Notes under the pieces: model-generated
What the model was told of the DNA's origin: nothing
Databases searched by the model: none
Seen by the model: the letters and a program-made list of their open reading frames with translations, nothing else
Position numbers and translations under genes: made by a program
Assembly: GCA_905235705.1 (NCBI GenBank)
Contig: CAJOML010000001.1
Coordinates: 12,118-76,117, forward strand
Reading direction: 5' to 3'
Source of the DNA: an uncultured Bacilli bacterium
GTDB lineage: Bacteria; Bacillota_I; Bacilli_A; RFN20; CAG-826
DNA length: 64,000 nt
Shown here: piece by piece, positions 1-7,448 of the stretch
Position numbering within the stretch: position 1 is the first letter of the stretch
Layout: the number at the start of each line of letters is the position of its first letter

Positions 1-117
1 TTCTATGTCTGCGTTAATCTTGGTTATAACTACGTCCCCCCAGAACTCGAAAACCGCTCACTCCTCATCGATGGCGATTTAGGAGAAATCATCACCAGTT
101 TGGCAAAGGCAAAATAA
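1..117 (+). CDS. 3' end of a Sir2-family (class M / SirTM-like) protein, truncated by window edge
   Basis: Frame 1 reads FYVCVNLGYNYVPPELENRSLLIDGDLGEIITSLAKAK*, resembling the Y.C.N.G....P.E...RS..I.GDI.E C-terminus of macrodomain-linked sirtuins; only 38 aa visible. Confidence 0.6.
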   Translation, partial: FYVCVNLGYNYVPPELENRSLLIDGDLGEIITSLAKAK

Positions 118-119
118 AA

Positions 120-150
120 ATCCGAACCTATTCGTATATGCGGTTCGGAT
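120..150. repeat. Inverted repeat ATCCGAACC-N13-GGTTCGGAT (terminator or element end)
   Basis: Perfect 9-bp arms at 120-128 and 142-150, right after the sirtuin stop. Confidence 0.6.
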
Positions 151-190
151 ATAAATGGCTTTTTGTCTTTATATGCCCATTTTGATACAA

Positions 191-236
191 GGAACCGATT
201 TGGCTTTGGAGGAACCGCTTTTGAATCGACGGAACC
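191..236 (+). repeat. Three GGAACC motifs at exact 20-bp spacing
   Basis: GGAACC at 191, 211 and 231. Confidence 0.65.
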
Positions 237-240
237 ACAT

Positions 241-2040
241 TTAGTAACGGTCGTCTTCATCATATGGATTATCTTCATTTTCCATATAATCATAAACCAT
301 ATAATTGACAAGCCTTCTTCTGACCTCTTCTTCAGGTAGTTCATCAACTAATTCCTCATATCTTTTACTTATTTCTTCGATTTTCTTATCGTATTCTCTT
401 TCTCTTTCTTCCAAATGTTCATAATAATGATTTCTTTCATCTATTGCTTGTTGGGCTTCATCAGGAAATATAGAAAAATACACCGCCATTTTATGCTTAC
501 AAATTGTTGATTTGCCAGCGGCATGAGGACAAGTGCAAGTGGATTTTCTAGGGTGGTTTATATTTAAATGAACATGATAATTTTCTGTTCCTTCTACTTC
601 GGCCTCATACTCATATTCATTTATTCTGTTTATTGATTTAACCCTATTGTTTTCGAAGTATTCTAGACCTCTCCAGTAAGAGTTATAACTACATATTTCT
701 CTCATTCCCATTATTGAATAATCTCCCAATACCCTGTTTTTCTCGATTCCATTCTCTTTAATATATCTTTTTTCATCACTATAAATAGTAGGTTTAGATT
801 TGCCTATTTTTTTAGATAATTCTGGAATAGTAATGTATTTGTTTTTTCTAATTTCACCTAGTATTGTTTTATCCAAATCGTTTATCTTATCGTTTATCTT
901 ATCATTTATCTTATCATTTAGAAAATTAGTATTTCTTAAAAATGTGAACGTGAAGCCAAATTCGTCGTTCTTATATTCGTAATCAACATTATTCTTAATA
1001 CACAAAGTAAAAGTTCTATCGAACCCGGTTCCAAATGCATCAATATATCCACACTTATAAAGGACTGATGCTATTAAAATATTCCGAATTTTGCTTCCAA
1101 TTTCTGATGAAGCAAATTTCATTGGATCTAAATTTTTATAAATTGATCCAGGATTATAGATGTTAATGGACGATTTAAAAATAACAATTTGATTGAAGTC
1201 GCCTTTAATATCATATTTACTATGAGCAAAACTATTAACTACTATCTCTCTAATGGCATTTAATGGAACTTCTGGCGTTTCAACTCTTTGTATGCCAATA
1301 ATATCCGATTTGTAGGAAATATGATTTTGAATATAAGAAGTTGCTTCCTTAATACACTCAAATATATTTCCTCTAAATTCTTTTATTTCACCAAACTCTG
1401 TCCTTGTATCTGTTGGATAATTAGCCTCTTTTAGCACAATTGGTTTTCCGTTTCCAAACAAATAGTAACCAGCTGTTTTTATTCTTCCGTTTTCATCAAC
1501 TAAATCCAGTTTAGTCAAAGCCTCACGAACATTTCTATATACATAATTCAGCCTGCCTTTGTCATTCGCAGTTCTAATAACATCAATAAGAAGTTCTTCA
1601 TCAATATCATCAAAAGAATAGTTAGTAGGTTTATCTTCCCATCTAGAATAATTGTCCTCTTTTTCTTCAAAATATTTTTGAAGCTGATTATTACTCATGG
1701 GAATATCGCCGTCGTCTACACGATAATAATAGCGGCCATAAGCCGAGTATGGAGTGTCGTCGCCTTCAACATAAACTCTAATGACGTCAACATTTTCATA
1801 TTTTATAGTCTTTACTTCTAGTTCAATCGGAAGAGGTTTTAAATTCGTTCTAATTTCATTAGAAATATCGGAAAGTGTTTTCTTTGAAATATCAAATCTA
1901 TAAGGCTTTTTTTCTGGAGTAATGCCAAAGAATAATTCACCTTTATGATTCTTATTCAGCATTGAGCTGAGTGAAATGACTCCTTCTTTCAATTGAGCCA
2001 AAGATTTTTTGTATTCGATAAGCGTGTTTTCGTCTTTCAT
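241..2040 (-). CDS. AlbA_2 (Schlafen-like)-HATPase_c_4-wHTH protein ('RecG-like' ATP-binding family) with C-terminal SWIM zinc finger
   Basis: N-term E...IEYKKS...SMLN...GELFFGI (AlbA_2); AIREIVVNSFAH..Y, IYNPG, RNILIA, GTGF (HATPase_c_4); ITIPELSKKIGKSKPTI (HTH); CTCPH...CKH (SWIM); GGAGGAG RBS at 2046-2052. Confidence 0.85.
   Translation of the reverse strand: MKDENTLIEYKKSLAQLKEGVISLSSMLNKNHKGELFFGITPEKKPYRFDISKKTLSDISNEIRTNLKPLPIELEVKTIKYENVDVIRVYVEGDDTPYSAYGRYYYRVDDGDIPMSNNQLQKYFEEKEDNYSRWEDKPTNYSFDDIDEELLIDVIRTANDKGRLNYVYRNVREALTKLDLVDENGRIKTAGYYLFGNGKPIVLKEANYPTDTRTEFGEIKEFRGNIFECIKEATSYIQNHISYKSDIIGIQRVETPEVPLNAIREIVVNSFAHSKYDIKGDFNQIVIFKSSINIYNPGSIYKNLDPMKFASSEIGSKIRNILIASVLYKCGYIDAFGTGFDRTFTLCIKNNVDYEYKNDEFGFTFTFLRNTNFLNDKINDKINDKINDLDKTILGEIRKNKYITIPELSKKIGKSKPTIYSDEKRYIKENGIEKNRVLGDYSIMGMREICSYNSYWRGLEYFENNRVKSINRINEYEYEAEVEGTENYHVHLNINHPRKSTCTCPHAAGKSTICKHKMAVYFSIFPDEAQQAIDERNHYYEHLEEREREYDKKIEEISKRYEELVDELPEEEVRRRLVNYMVYDYMENEDNPYDEDDRY
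877..920. repeat. 12-bp tandem repeat ATCRTTTATCTT x3.7 inside CDS (encodes NDKI repeats)
   Basis: Units at 877-888, 889-900, 901-912 and partial 913-920. Confidence 0.95.
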
Positions 2041-2059
2041 ATAAGCTCCTCCGCTTCGA

Positions 2060-2090
2060 ATTTATCTTATCATTTATCTTATCATTTATC
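2060..2090. repeat. Second copy of the same 12-bp tandem repeat, upstream of the RBS
   Basis: 2061-2088 is identical over 28 bp to 893-920. Confidence 0.95.
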
Positions 2091-2260
2091 AATAATTCCT
2101 ATGCATAAAAACGTAATTATAAGTGTAAAGAAATAGCTAGTCTGCAAAGCAAAAACGAGTCTCTTTCTAAGACTCCAAAAATGCGAAAAAGCCTTTGCAA
2201 TTTGGTTACTCCCTCTGGGTTCTGATACATACCTACTTTTTCAAAAAAATTCGATGTAAT

Positions 2261-2298
2261 AAAAGAAAAAATCCCTAATACGAATCGTATCAAGGATT
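2261..2298 (-). terminator. Intrinsic terminator downstream of tRNA-Leu
   Basis: Minus-strand stem AUCCUUGAUAC/GUAUUAGGGAU with two G-U pairs, followed by a U-rich tract. Confidence 0.7.
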
Positions 2299-2309
2299 GT
2301 GTACTTAGA

Positions 2310-2396
2310 TGGTGGCCCCCGTCGGACTCGAACCGACACCTGCTCATCACAGAGTGGATTTTGAGTCCACCGCGTCTACCATTCCACCAGGGGGCC
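2310..2396 (-). tRNA. tRNA-Leu (CAA)
   Basis: Acceptor GGCCCCC/GGGGGCC-A-CCA; anticodon arm GTGGA-CTCAAAA-TCCAC; long variable arm; GTTCGAGTC T-loop; 87 nt. Confidence 0.97.
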
Positions 2397-2522
2397 ATGC
2401 GTTAAGCCTATTGGCCTGCGCAGGGGTAAATATATCACTAAATTGAATGTTTGGGTATGCTTTTTCGCCTTCTTGCCTTTATTAGGACAGTTGTTAAACT
2501 TTTCCCTAACGGGAGGTTGCCT

Positions 2523-3761
2523 ATGGATAAGGAAATCGAAGCCTTATGGCGAAAAGAGATAAAACGCCAGAACCAAGGAATTGAATTAATCGCCTCGGAA
2601 AATTATCCCTCAATGGATGTGACGAAGACGTGCGCCAGTATTTTCATGGCCAAATATGCCGAAGGATATCCGGGGAGAAGATATTATGGCGGCTGCGAAA
2701 ATGTCGACGAAGTAGAGCGTCTTGCCATCGAAAGGGCTAAACGTCTTTTTGGGGCAGAATATGCCAATGTCCAGCCTCATTCCGGCTCACAAGCAAACTG
2801 TGCCGCCTATCATGCCTTCTTAAAGAAAGGGGATAAAATCCTATCTTTGACTTTAAATGATGGCGGTCACCTTACCCATGGGAGTCCAGTTTCATTTTCC
2901 TCTCAAGACTATGATTTCGCCTTTTATCCATTAGGCGAAGACGGGCGTCTTGATTACGAATTGATCGCCAAGCGGATGGAAGAAGAAAAGCCAAATATGC
3001 TTCTTGCTGGCTATAGCGCATATCCGTTTGAGATCGACTTTAAAAAGTTGCGCGAGATTGTCGATGATTACAATTCGAAGCATGATGTGCATTGCTATTT
3101 TATGGTCGATATGGCCCATATCGCAGGCATCGTCGCAAGCGGTCTTACCCAAAATCCTGTGACATATGCCGATGTTGTGACTTCCACCACGCATAAGACG
3201 TTGCGTGGCCCTAGGGGTGGCCTAATCCTAAGTCGCGATGCAAGTTTTGGCAAAGCCATTGATTCTGCCATCTTCCCTTATTCCCAAGGAGGCCCGCTTG
3301 AACATATCATTGCCGCGAAAGCGGTGTGCTTTGGCGAAGATCTCAAGCCCGAATTCAAAGAATATATAAGACGTGTCTTAGAAAACACCAAAGCCTGCAA
3401 CGATGAACTCGCCCGCTTAGGGTGCGTTGTCTCAGGTACGGAAAATCATCTTTTCTTGCTCAATGTCTTGGATTCATTTGGAATTAATGGCAAGCAAGCC
3501 CAGGAAAAATTAGGCCAAATCGATATTACCGTGAATAAGAACATGATCCATGGCGATACCTTAAAGCCCGCCTATACTTCGGGTTTGCGTATTGGCTTTG
3601 CCGCGATCACTTCTAGAGGCGCAAGCAAGGAAGACGCGATTGAAATCGCTAGGTTGATTTTCGATTGTCTAAAAGACCCCGAATTCGATATTATTGAAGG
3701 ACGGAAGAAAGTCACTGACATTTCTTCACGGTGGCAAGATGTCACGAATTTGACGTTTTAA
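2523..3761 (+). CDS. glyA: Serine hydroxymethyltransferase
   Basis: LIASEN, YAEGYPGRRYYGG, NVQPHSGSQAN, GGHLTHG, TTHKTLRGPRGG; GGGAGG RBS before ATG 2523. Confidence 0.97.
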   Translation: MDKEIEALWRKEIKRQNQGIELIASENYPSMDVTKTCASIFMAKYAEGYPGRRYYGGCENVDEVERLAIERAKRLFGAEYANVQPHSGSQANCAAYHAFLKKGDKILSLTLNDGGHLTHGSPVSFSSQDYDFAFYPLGEDGRLDYELIAKRMEEEKPNMLLAGYSAYPFEIDFKKLREIVDDYNSKHDVHCYFMVDMAHIAGIVASGLTQNPVTYADVVTSTTHKTLRGPRGGLILSRDASFGKAIDSAIFPYSQGGPLEHIIAAKAVCFGEDLKPEFKEYIRRVLENTKACNDELARLGCVVSGTENHLFLLNVLDSFGINGKQAQEKLGQIDITVNKNMIHGDTLKPAYTSGLRIGFAAITSRGASKEDAIEIARLIFDCLKDPEFDIIEGRKKVTDISSRWQDVTNLTF

Positions 3762-3772
3762 GGAGAACGAAG

Positions 3773-4663
3773 ATGGCCAAGCCAATTGTTTATTTTACAA
3801 AAGAAATCACCCCTGAAAGCCTAATCCGGATTTATGAGGCCTTAGGTGTGAAATTAAGAGGAAATATCGGAGTTAAAATCTCCACTGGCGAATATGGCGG
3901 ACATAATTACCTTAAGCCCGAATTCATCGGACCTCTTGTTGATTCGCTTAAAGGCATCATTGTCGAATGCTGCACCGCCTATGGCGGATCCCGTGAAGAA
4001 AAAGCCAAACACTGGGAAACGATTCGCGCCCACGGCTTCTTGCCACGATTCAACGTCGATATCATGGATGAATTCGGGGAAATCAAAATCCCTGTTTCCC
4101 GTGGCTTCCATTTGGATTATGACATTGTCGGAGAGCACCTGAATAATTACGATTCCATCCTTGTTTTGTCTCATTTTAAAGGACATATGATGGGTGGCTT
4201 TGGCGGTGCCTGCAAAAATATCTCGATCGGTATGGCTTCTACCGCCGGGAAAGCTTACATCCATTCCGAAGGACGGAGCACCGATTCGAAGAAATGCTGG
4301 GAAGAAGGAACCATCGCCGAACAAGACCATTTCCTCGAATCCATGGCCGATGCCGTTAGAGGTGTTATGGATTATGTGGGAAGGAAAAACATGGTCCATA
4401 TCAATGTCGCCAATCGCCTTTCCGTGGATTGCGATTGCGATTCTAATCCTTCCGAACCCAAAATGGGTGACTTAGGAATCTTCGCTTCCCTTGATCCGGT
4501 TGCCGTTGACCAGGCCTGCGTCGATGCAGTCAAAAACGCCAAAGACCCTGGCAAGGCCGATTTGATCGAACGTATGGCTTCACGTCATGGTGAGCATACC
4601 CTTGAAGCGGCTGAAGCGCTCGGAATCGGTAGCCGCGAATATGAATTAGTCGAATTAGCTTAA
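3773..4663 (+). CDS. DUF362 family Fe-S-related protein
   Basis: VKISTGE, ECCTAYGGSR, SHFKGH.MGGFGGA.KNISIG, DCDCD, DPVAVDQAC; AGGAG RBS. Confidence 0.85.
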   Translation: MAKPIVYFTKEITPESLIRIYEALGVKLRGNIGVKISTGEYGGHNYLKPEFIGPLVDSLKGIIVECCTAYGGSREEKAKHWETIRAHGFLPRFNVDIMDEFGEIKIPVSRGFHLDYDIVGEHLNNYDSILVLSHFKGHMMGGFGGACKNISIGMASTAGKAYIHSEGRSTDSKKCWEEGTIAEQDHFLESMADAVRGVMDYVGRKNMVHINVANRLSVDCDCDSNPSEPKMGDLGIFASLDPVAVDQACVDAVKNAKDPGKADLIERMASRHGEHTLEAAEALGIGSREYELVELA

Positions 4664-5364
4664 CGATAATTTAAGTTGGCTTCGAAACAAACCCTATCAC
4701 CACATTGGCCACGAACATATGTGGCCTTTTCGTTTGTCAAAATATCTAAGGTTTCCCCTTCGGCGACTTCGCTTTCGTAATTGATTAAAAGTGAGGCAAT
4801 AGGATGATCCTGGTAAAAAGAAGTGGGGTGGATATCGACAAGTAATTCAATATAACGGGTGTTGTTCATATGGCCGTTAAGGTCGATATCGGAAGCCCTG
4901 ATGGTCCTTGAGAATTTATAAGTCACCTTTTCATCGGCGACGACTTTCCCGGGAAGAGGAAGCTCGCCTTCTAGCGAATTTGATTCCGCTTCAGGGAGAC
5001 CGGGCTTGAAAATCAGCCGACGCGAAGATGAATCGATCAAGGCTGAAAGGGAACAAATCTGAATTAAGGTTTCGCCTTGGCTGCTTTTAATAAGCCCTTG
5101 GCGAGGGAAGGCAAATCCTTTTTGTGGGTTAGGATAAGTCAAGAATTCGATATGGTCTAATTGGGATGGCTCTTGTTTGATTTCGACTTGGACGCGGGTG
5201 AAGACCCAAAGCTTGCCGGCGTTAGTGGTGACATCATGGCCATAACCGATTTTTTCGCAATCGGCGAAGGCGATATCTTGGAATAAACCAAAAAGAGAAG
5301 GCAATTTTAATTTTTGCCTTTTGTCGACCATCGTCGATTCAATCAAAATGTCTTTGCTGATCAT
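4660..5364 (-). CDS. Acyl-ACP thioesterase (FatA/FatB-like)
   Basis: SDIDLNGHMNNTRY catalytic motif; double hot-dog size. Confidence 0.88.
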   Translation of the reverse strand: MISKDILIESTMVDKRQKLKLPSLFGLFQDIAFADCEKIGYGHDVTTNAGKLWVFTRVQVEIKQEPSQLDHIEFLTYPNPQKGFAFPRQGLIKSSQGETLIQICSLSALIDSSSRRLIFKPGLPEAESNSLEGELPLPGKVVADEKVTYKFSRTIRASDIDLNGHMNNTRYIELLVDIHPTSFYQDHPIASLLINYESEVAEGETLDILTNEKATYVRGQCGDRVCFEANLNYR

Positions 5365-5374
5365 GGAGTTTTTC

Positions 5375-6490
5375 CTATATCGATAGGGCGATATCTTGGT
5401 CGATGACGATGATAAATTTATATTGAGGGAATTTTTCGCTTAAGGCAGCGGTGATTGCTTGTTGAATTTCCTTATATTTTTCTTCATCGAAATCAAAGAC
5501 CAAATCGAAGTTAACGATACCTTTCTCTTCATCAAGATAAAACCCGTGCATTTGCAAAATGGTTGGGTATTTGCGGATTTCTTCGCTGACGGCAAGCTTG
5601 ATTTTAGAAGCGATTTCGGAGCTTGTGTTCTCCGCGTAAATGCCGACAGTCATAATGATTCCGTATTTGACGAAGAGGTGTTCTTGGATTTCCCGTTCGA
5701 CTCTTTGGATATCTTTTGCCGGCATCGTTTCATCCACCCCGATATGGACGGAGCCGATAGAGCGATGCTCGCCATAGCTGTTGACGATGAGGTCATAGAC
5801 GCCATGGACTTCGGGAAAAGAAGCGACTTCTTCTTTGATGGATTTAGCAAGGATGGGATCGATGCGTTCCCCGATGATTAAGGAGAAAGAAGAACGCAAG
5901 ACATCGATGCCGGACTTGATGATGAATAAGCCAATGAGGATACCGAGATAACCTTCGATGTGGACATCGGCAAAGGTGGCAAGCAAGGCACCGACTAAGG
6001 TTGATAAGGAGAGAAGCGAATCAAGCAATGCGTCAAGGCCTGAACCTTTTAATGGCTCTGAATTGAGCTTCTTTCCTTTATAACGGAAATAAAATCCAAG
6101 GGCGACTTTAACGGCGATAGCTACTGCGATGATAATGAAGGAGTAGGTTTGGTAGGTCGCGATTTCTTTATTCACAAGCGAAGTGATCGATTGATAAATC
6201 GCCGAGCCACCGGCGAAAAGGATGATGGCGGCGATAATGGCGGAGGTTAGATATTCAACCCTGCCATGCCCATAGGGGTGTTTTTTATCGGGGCGCTTGG
6301 TCGCTAATTTGGTGCCGATGATGGTGATGGCCGAACTTAAGGCGTCGGTTAAGTTATTAACGGCGTCTAAAATAACCGAAACCGAGGATGCTAGGAACCC
6401 AACGACCGCCTTAAAAACGACTAAAACGACGTTTGCGATGATGCCAATAACTGAGGTCTTGATGATTTCTTTTTCGCGATTAATTGCCAT
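5375..6490 (-). CDS. Cation diffusion facilitator transporter
   Basis: DAVNNLTD, PDKKHPYGHGRVEY, six TMs, duplicated cytosolic domain; start could be 6520. Confidence 0.9.
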   Translation of the reverse strand: MAINREKEIIKTSVIGIIANVVLVVFKAVVGFLASSVSVILDAVNNLTDALSSAITIIGTKLATKRPDKKHPYGHGRVEYLTSAIIAAIILFAGGSAIYQSITSLVNKEIATYQTYSFIIIAVAIAVKVALGFYFRYKGKKLNSEPLKGSGLDALLDSLLSLSTLVGALLATFADVHIEGYLGILIGLFIIKSGIDVLRSSFSLIIGERIDPILAKSIKEEVASFPEVHGVYDLIVNSYGEHRSIGSVHIGVDETMPAKDIQRVEREIQEHLFVKYGIIMTVGIYAENTSSEIASKIKLAVSEEIRKYPTILQMHGFYLDEEKGIVNFDLVFDFDEEKYKEIQQAITAALSEKFPQYKFIIVIDQDIALSI

Positions 6491-6923
6491 TGCTACATTG
6501 GTCTCCGATGATTTTTTCACAAAGGGTTTTTAAAAGAGTTGCCTCTTCAAGGCTAAGATTAACGCAGCTTGCTACCTTCGACGGGATGGTTTTTAACTGC
6601 TCGCGTAATTCTAAGCCATTTTGGGTAAGGAAAATCTTTTTTTCACGGCGGTCGGTCCCGGTTGCTTTTTTGCTGACGAGTTTTCGCTTGATCAGTTTTA
6701 AAAGCAGCGGGGATAACGTGCCTGAATCTAGGCAAACGCAGTTTCCTAGCTCTTTCACGCTCACCCCATCGTGCTCATATAAGGAAAGGAGGACGATATA
6801 TTGGGTGTAAGTTAGCTCAAGCGGCGACAAGAAAGGCTGGTATAGCCTAACGATGGCTTTCGAGGCGGCGTAGAGAGGGAAACAAAGTTGATATTTAAGC
6901 TTTAAAGGTTCGTATTCGTCCAT
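6480..6923 (-). CDS. ohrR: OhrR-type MarR regulator
   Basis: QLCFPLYAAS redox Cys motif, LTYTQY, LDSGTLSPLL; TAATG overlap with the gpx stop. Confidence 0.85.
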   Translation of the reverse strand: MDEYEPLKLKYQLCFPLYAASKAIVRLYQPFLSPLELTYTQYIVLLSLYEHDGVSVKELGNCVCLDSGTLSPLLLKLIKRKLVSKKATGTDRREKKIFLTQNGLELREQLKTIPSKVASCVNLSLEEATLLKTLCEKIIGDQCSNGN

Positions 6924-7390
6924 TATTTGCTTAACTCGGCTTTGATATCGTTTTCGATGGATTCCGGTTTTGCCATGCTTCCATAACGGGAAACGACGGT
7001 TCCATCGCGGGCAACGAGGAATTTGGCGAAGTTCCATTTGATACGGCCTTTCTTTTGGGATTTAAGATAGGCATATAAGGGGTGTTCGTTTTTTCCGTTG
7101 ACGTCGATTTTGTGGAATTGGGGGAAGCTGACATTATATTTAAGGGTGCAGAAGGAGTGAATTTCCTCGTCACTTCCAGGAGCCTGACCTAAGAATTGGT
7201 TGCAAGGGAAATCGAGGATGACAAAGCCTTGGTCTTTATATGTGTCATAAAGCTTTTGAAGCCCTTCATATTGAGGGGTGAAGCCGCATCCGGTCGCGGT
7301 ATTGACGATAAGCAGGACTTTGCCTTTGTATTCTTCTAATTTAACGTCGTTATTGGATTGATCTTTGACGACAATGTCATAAATGGTCAT
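6923..7390 (-). CDS. gpx: Glutathione peroxidase family (Cys-type) peroxidase
   Basis: VNTATGCGFTPQY, FPCNQF, IKWNFAKFL; GGAGG RBS. Confidence 0.95.
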   Translation of the reverse strand: MTIYDIVVKDQSNNDVKLEEYKGKVLLIVNTATGCGFTPQYEGLQKLYDTYKDQGFVILDFPCNQFLGQAPGSDEEIHSFCTLKYNVSFPQFHKIDVNGKNEHPLYAYLKSQKKGRIKWNFAKFLVARDGTVVSRYGSMAKPESIENDIKAELSK

Positions 7391-7411
7391 AAATAGGACC
7401 TCCTAATAAAA

Positions 7412-7430
7412 TAAATTGTATGCAATATAT
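7412..7430. promoter_or_regulatory. OhrR operator
   Basis: TAAATTGTATGCAATATAT closely matches the B. subtilis ohrA operator core TAAATTGTATACAATTAAAT; lies just upstream of gpx-ohrR. Confidence 0.75.
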
Positions 7431-7448
7431 TTTTCTTTGCAAGAGAAA

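Larger units (their letters stand above)
241..2300. mobile_element. AT-rich horizontally acquired islet at the 3' end of tRNA-Leu (no integrase in window)
   Basis: Visibly lower GC than flanks (two spot-counted lines 22-25%, one 42%, versus 42-60% in two core-gene lines); abuts the tRNA 3' end; accessory-type cargo; boundaries approximate. Confidence 0.6.

Noticed and set aside
123-147. CGAAC...GTTCG as a LexA box
   Set aside because: Spacer is 15 nt; the Firmicutes SOS box needs 4
191-250. 20-bp periodic GGAACC as a mini-CRISPR
   Set aside because: Conserved part is only 6-7 bp and the period is far too short
118-2309. att-site duplication of the tRNA-Leu 3' end, or an integrase
   Set aside because: No second copy of the tRNA 3' end and no recombinase ORF found by eye, so an intact integrative element is not claimed
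2117-2398. 93-aa ORF on the minus strand
   Set aside because: Overlaps tRNA-Leu; spurious
6923-7390. Selenocysteine in the peroxidase
   Set aside because: Active-site codon is TGC (Cys); no in-frame TGA
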